A DNA stretch of 64,000 nucleotides from Chromatiales bacterium (GCA_024679535.1 JAIBDF010000001.1:21748-85747); one strand, 5' to 3'. Counted from the first letter of the stretch, positions 52,228 to 61,174 are shown. Program-made: numbers and translations. The notes: generated by a model not told the origin, from the letters alone.

Positions 52228-54604
52228 GCATCGGCTTGACCAGGTAGTACGCGACAGCTGGTAGCAACAGCAATGCGCCGAGCATGTTCCAAAGGAACAT
52301 GAAGGTCAGCATGAGGCCCATGTCAGCCTGGAACTTGATCGGCGAAAATATCCAGGTACCTACACCAATCGCGAGCGTCAGCCCGGTAAATGCGACGGCG
52401 ATGCCCGTAGTCTGCAGCGCTTTCAGGTAAGCCGTATATAACGACAGTCCGCGCTTCAGGTAGCTCTCCATCTTACTGAAGATGTAGATGCCATAGTCCA
52501 CGCCGATGCCGACGCCCAGGGCGATTACCGGCAGCGTTGCGACCTTTACGCCAATACCCAGCATAGCCATCAGCGCCTGACCGAGAACCGATGTCAGTGC
52601 CAGCGGGACGATAATACAGGCCACCGCACGCCATGATCGGAAGGTAAGGAATACCAGGAAGCTGACGACGCTGTAGACCAGCGCCAGCATTTGATATTGC
52701 GCCTTGCCGATCACGATATTGGTGACGGACTCGATACCGGCGTTGCCGGCGGCGAGTGCGAATTTGATATAGCCGGTGTCGCCTGCTGCGAGACTGAATT
52801 CCATGTCGTCACTATCGTACTCGGCGGCGAAAGCCTCAGCAGCGCCGATGACGACACTCAGGGTCTCTGCCTTGTGGTCGTTGAGGAAGATCAGAATCGG
52901 CACCATGCTGCAGTCGGTATTGATTAACGTGGTCGGCACCGAGCTAAGCGAGTTGTTGAGGATGTAACGATTACGACTGAGTGTGTACCACTTCGGGTTA
53001 CCCTCGTTCATCGCCATGATGACGCGTTTGGAGACGTCGACCAGCGAGATCACTGACTGCACGCCCTCGGTGTTCTTCAGAACTTCCTGAAACCGGTCTA
53101 CGGCTGCGACGGTTCTGTACTCGCCGCACTGTTGGGGCGCGGTCTGCACCATCGTTACGAAGACATCGGTGCTGGTTGTGTAATTCTCAGTGAGGAACGC
53201 GTTGTCCAGGTTATAGCGTGAGTCCGGCCTCAATTCAGGGGCGCCTGCATCCAGGTCACCAATGCGCAGATCTTTACTGCCGTAGAAACCGAATCCGAAC
53301 AGGACGATCGCAATACCTATCATAATCATTGCATACGGCGGTTTCGTAAAGCTGGCGACGAGCGGCCAAAGCCTGGACGGATTGTCGCGCTTGCGCTGCA
53401 GGTAACGCAGTGACGACTTTGACAGTCCGACATACGACATCAATACCGGCAGCAATATGAGATTGGTAAAGATCAGTACGCCTACGCCGATACTGGCCGT
53501 TATCGCGAGTTCCTGGATGACCGGAATCTTGATGACGATGAGCGTAAGGAAGCCGATGCCATCGCTGACAAGGGCGACCAGTCCAGGAATGTACAGCGCG
53601 CGAAAAGCGCGTCTTGCGGACCAGAAAGAGCCGGCGCCGAAAAAGAAACGAACGGCGATGTTGTTGATGATCTGTACGCCGTGGCTGATACCGATAGCGA
53701 AGACCAAAAAGGGTACCAGCATGGAGTAGGGGTCAAGGCCAAAGCCCAGCGTGTGCAGAAGGCCGAGCTGCCAGACCACTGCGATGGTCGAACAGATCAC
53801 CGGGACAAACGTGGCGAAGACGCATCGCGAATACACGGTGAGCAGTACGAGTGTTATGGCCAATGCCACACCAAAGAACATGGCGACGAGGGTTGCGCCT
53901 TCGATCAGGTCGCCAACGACCTTGGCAAAGCCCGTGACGTGAATCTTTATCCGGTCGGTCTCGTACTTGTCCCGAACGAGGGACTCAATGCTCCTCGAGA
54001 AATCCCGGTAGTCGAGTTTCTCCCCGGTCTCCGCATTGATGTCTGTCAGCGGTGCGATAATGATCGCGGATTTGAAGTTATTGGCGACCAGGCGGCCAAC
54101 CTGCCCGGAGCGCAGAATATTCAGGCGCAGCTGATCGAGTGATTCCTCGGAGCCGTCGTAGCCGTTGGGTATTACCGCGCCGCCGCGAAAGCCTTCCTCG
54201 GTGACCTCGCTCCATCGCACATTGGGCGTCCAGATAGACTGCAGGCCCGACCGGTCAACGCCCGGTATATAGAAAACCTCGTCGTTAATGAGTCGCAGTG
54301 CTTCCTGGAATTCCTTGTCGAAGATATCGCCGTCGGTCGTTTCAACAATGATCCGTATCGAATTGCTGAGACTCGCAAGGTCTGCCTTGTTGTCCAGGTA
54401 GTTCTGGATATACGGGTGCGACGTCGGAATCATCTTCTCGAAGCTGGCGTCGGGTTCGATCTGTAAGGCCTGTGAGCCGAAAAACGCGGTCAGCAGGACG
54501 AAGATCAAGATGACCGGAATCCGGTTCTCGAACAGGACTCGCTCGGCCAGCGGTGGACGTTCCTTGTCAGAGAGTCCGGTCTGGCGATTGACTACATCAT
54601 TCAT
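52211..54604 (-). CDS. RND-superfamily transporter, MMPL/HpnN-like (12 TM helices, two large periplasmic loops)
   Basis: ATG 54604 (MNDVVNRQ) overlaps the upstream stop within ATGAATGA. Two repeats, each of one TM helix, a ~190 aa loop and five TM helices. GLDPYSMLVPFLVFAIGISHGVQ and VIALGVGIGVDYGIYIF are typical of this exporter family. Confidence 0.8.
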   Translation of the reverse strand: MNDVVNRQTGLSDKERPPLAERVLFENRIPVILIFVLLTAFFGSQALQIEPDASFEKMIPTSHPYIQNYLDNKADLASLSNSIRIIVETTDGDIFDKEFQEALRLINDEVFYIPGVDRSGLQSIWTPNVRWSEVTEEGFRGGAVIPNGYDGSEESLDQLRLNILRSGQVGRLVANNFKSAIIIAPLTDINAETGEKLDYRDFSRSIESLVRDKYETDRIKIHVTGFAKVVGDLIEGATLVAMFFGVALAITLVLLTVYSRCVFATFVPVICSTIAVVWQLGLLHTLGFGLDPYSMLVPFLVFAIGISHGVQIINNIAVRFFFGAGSFWSARRAFRALYIPGLVALVSDGIGFLTLIVIKIPVIQELAITASIGVGVLIFTNLILLPVLMSYVGLSKSSLRYLQRKRDNPSRLWPLVASFTKPPYAMIMIGIAIVLFGFGFYGSKDLRIGDLDAGAPELRPDSRYNLDNAFLTENYTTSTDVFVTMVQTAPQQCGEYRTVAAVDRFQEVLKNTEGVQSVISLVDVSKRVIMAMNEGNPKWYTLSRNRYILNNSLSSVPTTLINTDCSMVPILIFLNDHKAETLSVVIGAAEAFAAEYDSDDMEFSLAAGDTGYIKFALAAGNAGIESVTNIVIGKAQYQMLALVYSVVSFLVFLTFRSWRAVACIIVPLALTSVLGQALMAMLGIGVKVATLPVIALGVGIGVDYGIYIFSKMESYLKRGLSLYTAYLKALQTTGIAVAFTGLTLAIGVGTWIFSPIKFQADMGLMLTFMFLWNMLGALLLLPAVAYYLVKPMPTAQT

Positions 54605-55784
54605 GCTCGTCGCCTTCATCGATGATCGACACACCACCAAAACCGAGCAGCAGCAGCTTGTCGTCACTCGTTTTTGTGACGCCGCTATAGACGCTGTTGC
54701 CGGAGGTCGACACTTTCTTAAACGTAGTGCCATGATCATTGCTGGTGAGCACGGCGCCGGCAGATCCAACAAGGACGACCGCGCCATCTTCGCCGGTCAT
54801 GCCGTCCAGCAAGGTCCGCTCATCGTTGGTGGTGACGGCGGACCATGTGTCGCCATCATCCGTTGAACGGAACACGTTACCCCTCAGTCCAAATACGAGT
54901 AGCCCGCCGTCGTGCGTGGCGATGGCTCCAAAAAATGATCCCTGGTATGGCGAGGCGGGACGATCCCAGGTCTCGCCCTGATCGCGCGAACGCAGGATTA
55001 TCCCGGCTTCACCGGCAACCAGTAAGGTTCCGGAAACCGAACGGGCAATGCCATACAGGTGATAATTATCCGGGTTATCGAGCCGCTCTGAAATCAATTG
55101 CCAGGTCGCACCGCTATCGTTGGTGTGCAACAGGATTCCATAGGCCCCCAGTGCATAACCATTGCGTTCGTTTTCGAACCAGACATCGAGGAGGGGCATA
55201 GTGACGCCTTCGTCAAGCGCGGCTGAAGCGTCCTCGAGAGCGAAGAGTGCGTCGTCGAGCGCCCACTCAAGGTCCTCCAAGGTCTCGGGTGAGGCCAGGC
55301 TGATCTCACTCCGCAGCTGATCGACCTTTTTCTCCGCTGCGTCTGCGGACAAACGAGCAACATCGACCCCGGTCAGCTTGGTCTGCCAGCTCTGTCCGGC
55401 GTCAGTTGAGCGCAGCAGCACGCCGTCATGCGCCGCTGCCCATGTGTTTCTTTCGCCGGAGAACGTTACTGCCGTCAGTGCCAGTGAGACGGGCACCTGT
55501 GCATGTGTCCAGGAGTCACCACTATCGTCCGAGTAAAGAATATGGCCCTGTTCGCCAGCGACCAGGATGCGGTTCCCATTTGTTGCGGCATCGAGAAGCA
55601 GCGCACTGGAGGCGGTATCGGTCTGCAGGGCAGGCAGCATTTGAAAACGCGTGGTGTTGCCGTGGCTGGTAGCGATATAGCCGGCGAAGGCAAACAGGGC
55701 GACCCCGATCTGCAGAACGATCCGTGAATTGCGGCGGGCCAGTGCGGCCCGCCGTCGTGCTTTCTGGAGGGGGCTAACGAACAC
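54597..55784 (-). CDS. membrane-anchored BNR-repeat beta-propeller protein (Ycf48/HCF136-like)
   Basis: 395 aa with a GTG start. N-terminal TM anchor IVLQIGVALFAFAGYIA. Six SxDxGxxW-type motifs (SDDSGDSW, STDAGQSW, TNDSGATW, SRDQGETW, STDDGDTW, SNDHGTTF). A ~50 aa acidic helical insert lies between blades. Confidence 0.75.
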   Translation of the reverse strand: MFVSPLQKARRRAALARRNSRIVLQIGVALFAFAGYIATSHGNTTRFQMLPALQTDTASSALLLDAATNGNRILVAGEQGHILYSDDSGDSWTHAQVPVSLALTAVTFSGERNTWAAAHDGVLLRSTDAGQSWQTKLTGVDVARLSADAAEKKVDQLRSEISLASPETLEDLEWALDDALFALEDASAALDEGVTMPLLDVWFENERNGYALGAYGILLHTNDSGATWQLISERLDNPDNYHLYGIARSVSGTLLVAGEAGIILRSRDQGETWDRPASPYQGSFFGAIATHDGGLLVFGLRGNVFRSTDDGDTWSAVTTNDERTLLDGMTGEDGAVVLVGSAGAVLTSNDHGTTFKKVSTSGNSVYSGVTKTSDDKLLLLGFGGVSIIDEGDEHE

Positions 55785-57129
55785 CTGAACGTCGCAGTGC
55801 CGCTGGCGTGTAGTCCCGTTCCTTCACCTGGAAGTCCCAGTTGTATTGATAGCCCTTCAACTCATTACCCAGTCCGATCGGCAGGTGCCGTCCGGAGATC
55901 AGGTCGTGCGATGTTTCAACCGCGTACCACGGCACGCCGACCTGGTAGTGGATATTGTTATGGGCTTCTTTAACGCGCCATAGCTCGCCACGGCCGTCGT
56001 AGAGGTCGGCGATAGTGATTTGCCAGGTGTCTTCATCGACGTAGAACGTGCGCTTCGCGTAGATGTGGCGCTCGCCGTCCTTCAATGTTGCCTCGACCAC
56101 CCAGACCCGGTGCAATTCGTAGCGCAGATACTCGGGGTTCATATGACCGGTAAGGACGATGTCTTTGTACCTGAGGTCCTTGTTGCCGAGCCTGAACGAG
56201 TTATAGGGAACATAAAGCTCCTTCTTGCCCAGCAGCTTCCAGTCGTATCGATCGAGGGCGCCGTTGTACATGTCGAGATCATCGGCAGTACGGAGGCCGT
56301 CGGATGCATTGCCTGGTCCGTCATAGGCGACATCGGGGGCGCGGCGAACCCGGCGTTGCCCCGCGTTATAGACCCATGCTGCGCGAGGTTCCGCCACCTG
56401 GTCGATATTCTCATGCACGAGAAGTACGTCACCTTCGAGGCGTGCAGGCGCTTTGATGGCCTGCTTGTAATAGAACAGGCGGTTCGGCGGAGGCGTTCCG
56501 AGGTATTGCGCGAACGTGAGCTGGTCTTGAAACACCACCGGGCTGAATGAGCCGTTAGCCTGCACAGGAATCTGCGTATAGCTGCGTTGGACGCTGCCGC
56601 CACGATAACGAAGCACGTGGTTCCATACGATCTCGACGCCCGATTTGGGAATCGGGAAAGGAACGTAGGAGTCCACATTGACCAGCCCGTTGCCGTCGGG
56701 TGTGGTTTTGGCAGTCAGGGCATCTTTCTTAACAGCCTCGTACATTGATGCCGGGTAGGCTGCGGTGCGATGCGTTGTGTACACCGGCATGCGGTAGGTG
56801 TCCGGGTAGCGCTGCAGGAGTGCAATCTGTCCTGTGGAAAGATTCTCCTTGTACTGTTCGAAATTCTGCGCGGTGATCGTGAACAGCGGTTTCTCATTTG
56901 GGAACGGATCGACCAGCGGTTCGCCCTTAACGTAGCCGGCGGGCAGGTCAGTCTGGCCACCGGTCCACGCGGGAATGGTACCCGCGGCATTGCCGGCTCG
57001 TTCTGCGCCAATCGGCGTAAGTTCATCACCGCCCAGGCTGGCCGCCTGTTCGGCAGTGAGTTCCGCGAACGCGTTCTGCGCCAAAAGGCCAAGCGCAGCC
57101 AGGATTGTAGTCTTTGTAAGTGCTTTCAT
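55774..57129 (-). CDS. DUF1329 family periplasmic protein (LolA-like 'outer membrane lipoprotein-sorting' fold)
   Basis: 451 aa with signal peptide ...LLAQNAFA. ELTPIGAERAGNAAGTIPAWTGG near the N-terminus is typical of DUF1329. Paired with DUF1302. Confidence 0.75.
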   Translation of the reverse strand: MKALTKTTILAALGLLAQNAFAELTAEQAASLGGDELTPIGAERAGNAAGTIPAWTGGQTDLPAGYVKGEPLVDPFPNEKPLFTITAQNFEQYKENLSTGQIALLQRYPDTYRMPVYTTHRTAAYPASMYEAVKKDALTAKTTPDGNGLVNVDSYVPFPIPKSGVEIVWNHVLRYRGGSVQRSYTQIPVQANGSFSPVVFQDQLTFAQYLGTPPPNRLFYYKQAIKAPARLEGDVLLVHENIDQVAEPRAAWVYNAGQRRVRRAPDVAYDGPGNASDGLRTADDLDMYNGALDRYDWKLLGKKELYVPYNSFRLGNKDLRYKDIVLTGHMNPEYLRYELHRVWVVEATLKDGERHIYAKRTFYVDEDTWQITIADLYDGRGELWRVKEAHNNIHYQVGVPWYAVETSHDLISGRHLPIGLGNELKGYQYNWDFQVKERDYTPAALRRSGVR

Positions 57130-57154
57130 GGTGTTGGTGCTCCTGGAATTCGGT

Positions 57155-59083
57155 TCAGAAACTGACCGAGAAAGATACGGACAGGAAATCGCGGTCCACG
57201 ATCGTGTTGTAGTCGCCGCCTGAGAATGACGTGTAGGCCAACGAGCCAGTGTACCGATTAAGGTATTCGGCTCCGAGGCTCAGGGTCAAGGCCTTACTGC
57301 CCTCATTGAAATTCGAGTTGGGCGAGTAGCCGTCAACGTCATGTGACCACGCGAAACTGGGTGTCAGGTTAACGCCTGCGAACACGTCGTTGTACGCGAG
57401 GCCCGCACGCACGCGGTATCCCCAGGAGGAATCAGTCACGTAGCCGTCTGTCGTACAATTCCTGGCATTGTAATTTGGTGGCGCTACACCGGCCAGCGCA
57501 TTGCCTTCCGAGCAGGTTATGAACTCGCCCGGGGGAAGGGGCGGAGACGGCAGTGGGATCGGTTCGAAGTAACCCTGACCATACGTCGGCGAGCGGCCAT
57601 AGCGCTGTACGGATTGTTCCGGCAGATCGCCAACCCAGTTGGCGCCAATCTCGGCGGCAAAGGACAGACGACTGGCGCCGAGGACCTGGTCAAAGAAGCG
57701 AATGAATGTGACCTGCGCTTGCGTAACCGGCAGCAGGTCGTAGCCCGATGCAGCACTGCCTGGTCCTACCTCCAGAATCCTGGGTAGTGCGGTCGACCAG
57801 GGTGCCAGGCCAACGGCGCCCTGCAGGATTTCGGTGGTGTTGATCTGCACCGGGAAATCAGGCCGGTAGCTGACCTCTCCTGATAGCGCGAAACCGGCCA
57901 GGTTGGTTGCAAAGCTCACGCCGAACAGCTCGATATCTTCCGGGAACTCGGTGAAGTACTGCGGGTTGCCACTAACCGTAACGTCGCCAATTTGCAGGCC
58001 AGCAAAGGGATTGCCCGGGATAAAGGGCCAGGGCCGATCGCCCAGTGCCGCAGTCAAAGCGTCAAACAGCGGAGGCGGGATTGCAGCGTCGGGAACCAGT
58101 GAGTTCGAAGAGCTAAAGCCGCCCAAGTAGGGTATACGGCTGTGGTAGTTCATGTAGTACAGCCCGAATTCAGAGCCGGCTAGCTCCTCGGCGAAATAGC
58201 GAAATGCCACGCCAAACTGACCGCTATCGTCTGGTTCGATATCGGGCTGGCGGCTAATAAACAGCCCATTTAACATGTTGGCCCGGTCGCTGAGCTGGCC
58301 GTTCAGAGTCACAAAATTGCAGCCTGTGCCAGCAACGTCTGCGGTTGAAAAGTAGGTACCGCAGGCATCGATAACCGTCTTTTCCCATTTGAGCTGGTAA
58401 AACGCCTCAACGCTCAGCGCGTCGGTCAGCCCAGCCGCCATCGTTACCATTGCAATGGGTAACAGACCTTCCTTGATCTCGGCGCCGGGGCGCCGGAATG
58501 CGGAAACGTCGACGGGATTAATCGAGTTGATACCATTCTGGATAAAGGTGCTCTCACCCCAACTCGTGACCTGGCGGCCGACGCGGAGATCCAGAGGCAT
58601 GTCATTCTCGCCGAGGTAAAATGTGCCGTAGACAAAAGCGTCCAGGAGTTCTATACCGGACGCCTGAGCGTAGTCGTCAAACCCGCTGTCGTCGAGGGTT
58701 CGGTCGGGCGTGTAGAGATTTGACGACGTGCCATGTGGCCGTTTGCCGTTCTCGAGTTCCTCGTCGTACCAGTACTTGCCACGCAGGAATAGTCCAAAGT
58801 CCCCCTTGCGGAGCTCAAAGTCGTGTACGCCCTTGAGGATCAGCGAATAGATGTCGCCGTCCTTGTAGTTCAGGTCGCCGTCGTCGGCGGTGCCTGTAGA
58901 GGCCGTACCCAGCCCCGGCGCGCTGCCGGGCGTGACCAGTATCGGTTCCATCTCCGACATGCGCCAGCTGGATCCCAGCGATATCTGGGAATTAAAGCTG
59001 CCTTCCCAGTCTCCCCACACAAATTCGCCTGCTACGGCCGGCACGGTCAATACACTTGCAACGATTGCAAGTGAACCTGACAT
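57155..59083 (-). CDS. DUF1302 family putative outer-membrane beta-barrel protein
   Basis: ATG 59083 gives the signal peptide MSGSLAIVASVLTVPAVA. GDWEGSFNSQISLGSSWR is the family N-terminus. Alternating beta-strand pattern throughout. The terminal ...VSFSVSF is an aromatic OMP-like end. Confidence 0.75.
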   Translation of the reverse strand: MSGSLAIVASVLTVPAVAGEFVWGDWEGSFNSQISLGSSWRMSEMEPILVTPGSAPGLGTASTGTADDGDLNYKDGDIYSLILKGVHDFELRKGDFGLFLRGKYWYDEELENGKRPHGTSSNLYTPDRTLDDSGFDDYAQASGIELLDAFVYGTFYLGENDMPLDLRVGRQVTSWGESTFIQNGINSINPVDVSAFRRPGAEIKEGLLPIAMVTMAAGLTDALSVEAFYQLKWEKTVIDACGTYFSTADVAGTGCNFVTLNGQLSDRANMLNGLFISRQPDIEPDDSGQFGVAFRYFAEELAGSEFGLYYMNYHSRIPYLGGFSSSNSLVPDAAIPPPLFDALTAALGDRPWPFIPGNPFAGLQIGDVTVSGNPQYFTEFPEDIELFGVSFATNLAGFALSGEVSYRPDFPVQINTTEILQGAVGLAPWSTALPRILEVGPGSAASGYDLLPVTQAQVTFIRFFDQVLGASRLSFAAEIGANWVGDLPEQSVQRYGRSPTYGQGYFEPIPLPSPPLPPGEFITCSEGNALAGVAPPNYNARNCTTDGYVTDSSWGYRVRAGLAYNDVFAGVNLTPSFAWSHDVDGYSPNSNFNEGSKALTLSLGAEYLNRYTGSLAYTSFSGGDYNTIVDRDFLSVSFSVSF

Positions 59084-59551
59084 TATTCTGCATCGCCAAT
59101 TCACTTTGGAATTCCTCTTGGTTATTCGACTATAAGTTGCTTTGAAACGCTCAATTCGGGCAATTCATGATGGCTTTGTTGTTTTTTGCCCGGTCTCCGC
59201 AGGGATTCGGCTCCGAATGGGCAATGAAGTCAATACGGACTTTTTCGGACTCCGCCAGTCGTCATATGTGCGCCAGGGAAGTAGTGTCTATCAATCGGGG
59301 CGGATTTTGGCCGGAGGTCGACAGCCATATGCGCGAAGCTACGTATGCTTGTCAGCGCGACACTATGGGCCGGACTCGGAATCCATGCGTAGTGAGTTGA
59401 GAATCCGCTGGCTACTGGTCTGTGTGGGGAACTTCGGCTGCTCGCCGACGCCCTCGGGCGGTACCCGGGAAACGCTGCATCCTGTTGCCAGGGCACTAGG
59501 TACTAGCCCGAATGGAAGCGGAAATTCAATTACGGCATAAATAACAAGGGA

Positions 59552-60643
59552 TTGACTCGGGCTTGCGTAGAAGGACGGTGCGAGATGGATTGTTCGCGGT
59601 CCACGTATCTGGAAATGGGGGAGGGCGCAATGGCCGCCCGACTCGCGTTGCTGGGCCTGGATGGGGATGACGCAAAGGCAAGCGCTGCGTTGCTGCAGCA
59701 ACGTGTTATTCGCCCCGGCGTTGATACGATAATCGACGAGTTCCTTGGGTGGTTGTCCGGGATCGATCAATTCACCCGCATGGTCGCCGAACATTCGACG
59801 ACCGATAGGATGCAGACGATGCAGAAGCGTTACCTGCTCAGTCTCGGAGTGGACTTCAATACGCGCACGTATTTTGAAGATCGCATGCTGATCGGAGAGG
59901 TACACCAACGCATGGGGGTCTCACAGAGCCTCTATCAATGTTCAATTCGACGTCTCCAGGAGCTGCTGATCGATGCAATCCCTGAGGATATGAAGGCACA
60001 CCCCCCGAGCTTTCATGAACTCATCAGTTTCATTCTCAGAATTTCAGCGTTCGACATGTCGCTCGCAGTAGAAAGCTATTGCAATGCGAGAGTCTCCGAT
60101 TTGCAGGATTCGCTCAAGACGCAGCGTGATGAGAGTGAGCGCTGGCGGGAGCTCTCGCACAAGGATTCGCTGACGAACCTCCACAACCACTCGTTTTCCC
60201 GCTATAACCTGGAGCAGGCCCTGGAACAGAGCAGTGCCGATGGTCAGCCGTTGTGCGTCATGATGGCTGACGTAGATCATTTCAAACAGATCAACGATAC
60301 CTACGGTCACCTGGCGGGTGACCGGGTGCTTCGAATAGTGGCAGCTCGCATACATTCGGTTGCACGCAGTGGTGATGAGGTCGGGCGCTATGGCGGCGAG
60401 GAATTCCTTTTCATTCTGAAAAACACGCCACTTGATGCGGGCCGTGAGGTAGCGGAACGTGTACGTGCGCATGTTAATGGGGACAAGATCCAAGGCGGCG
60501 GCGCGTCGCTTGATGTGACAGTCAGCATTGGCATTGCACAGGCGCGTCCCCATGAAACTGTCAATTCACTGATTGAGCGGGCCGATACGGCCCTTTATGC
60601 GGCCAAATCCGCGGGACGTAACTGCGTCTTTGTTCCAGATTGA
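59552..60643 (+). CDS. globin-coupled sensor diguanylate cyclase (GGEEF)
   Basis: The N-terminal sensor-globin pattern is IIDEFLGWL ... KRYLLSL ... YFEDRMLIGEVHQRMGV (proximal His context, as in DosC AEVHARIGI). The C-terminal GGDEF domain has the I-site RSGD and an active RYGGEEF at 60392-60406. The start is ambiguous: TTG 59552, ATG 59585, 59615 or 59630. Confidence 0.7.
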   Translation: MTRACVEGRCEMDCSRSTYLEMGEGAMAARLALLGLDGDDAKASAALLQQRVIRPGVDTIIDEFLGWLSGIDQFTRMVAEHSTTDRMQTMQKRYLLSLGVDFNTRTYFEDRMLIGEVHQRMGVSQSLYQCSIRRLQELLIDAIPEDMKAHPPSFHELISFILRISAFDMSLAVESYCNARVSDLQDSLKTQRDESERWRELSHKDSLTNLHNHSFSRYNLEQALEQSSADGQPLCVMMADVDHFKQINDTYGHLAGDRVLRIVAARIHSVARSGDEVGRYGGEEFLFILKNTPLDAGREVAERVRAHVNGDKIQGGGASLDVTVSIGIAQARPHETVNSLIERADTALYAAKSAGRNCVFVPD

Positions 60644-60676
60644 ATTTGCGACAATCATCGTCCGCGGATTTTTTTT
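60605..60676 (+). terminator. putative intrinsic terminator: long-range hairpin spanning the cyclase stop codon, followed by T8
   Basis: AAATCCGCGGGACG (60605-60618) pairs with CGTCCGCGGATTT (60659-60671) with one bulge. The T run continues to 60676. The loop is about 40 nt, so this is atypical. Confidence 0.4.
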
Positions 60677-60691
60677 GTTACCCTCTGCAAC

Positions 60692-61171
60692 ATGAATTCA
60701 CGGCCACGCCTCTCAATACTGTTCGTTTGCATGGGCAACATATGCCGCTCGCCGACCGCGGAGGGCGTGTTTCGATATCACGCAGAACAGGCGGGACACG
60801 CTGAACGCCTGCGCATCGATTCAGCGGGCACCCATGCCTATCACACTGGCGAACCGCCCGATCGCAGGGCACGGGCCGCGGCAGAACGTCGTGGCATGTC
60901 GCTGGAGGGTATTCAGGCCCGGCGAGTGATCGCCGAGGACTTCGAGCTGTTCGATTTCATCATCGCAATGGACGAGGACAACCTGGAACGGTTGCGCCAG
61001 GAAGCACCCGCTGAGCATCAGGCGAAGCTGCGCCTGTTCCTGGAGTTTGGTGATTCGAGCGAACGGGAAGTGCCAGACCCATACTACGGTGGAACAGCCG
61101 GATTTGAGCGTGTACTGGATCTCGTGGAAGAAGCGTCCCGAGGTTTGCTCGGGACGCTTTTCCGTGACTGA
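60692..61171 (+). CDS. ptpA: low-molecular-weight protein-tyrosine phosphatase
   Basis: 159 aa. ILFVCMGNICRSP (CX5R P-loop) and DPYYG (Asp loop). Confidence 0.9.
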   Translation: MNSRPRLSILFVCMGNICRSPTAEGVFRYHAEQAGHAERLRIDSAGTHAYHTGEPPDRRARAAAERRGMSLEGIQARRVIAEDFELFDFIIAMDEDNLERLRQEAPAEHQAKLRLFLEFGDSSEREVPDPYYGGTAGFERVLDLVEEASRGLLGTLFRD

Positions 61172-61174
61172 TGT

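Noticed and set aside
59428-59455. A GGAACTT sigma-E-like -35 element in the control region upstream of the globin cyclase.
   Set aside because: At 16-17 nt downstream the sequence is CCCTC/CCTCG, not a TCnnA-type -10. The match is therefore only a half-site and probably fortuitous.
59142-59540. A 132-aa ORF (TTG start) filling the long intergenic region between DUF1302 and the globin cyclase. It could have been a missing regulator gene.
   Set aside because: It has no ATG start or SD, and its composition is irregular (Ser/Gly/Arg/Cys-rich). It shows no helix-turn-helix or other recognisable motif, and several similar ORFs occur in other frames. I treat the region as non-coding, but I flag it as a finding because of its length.
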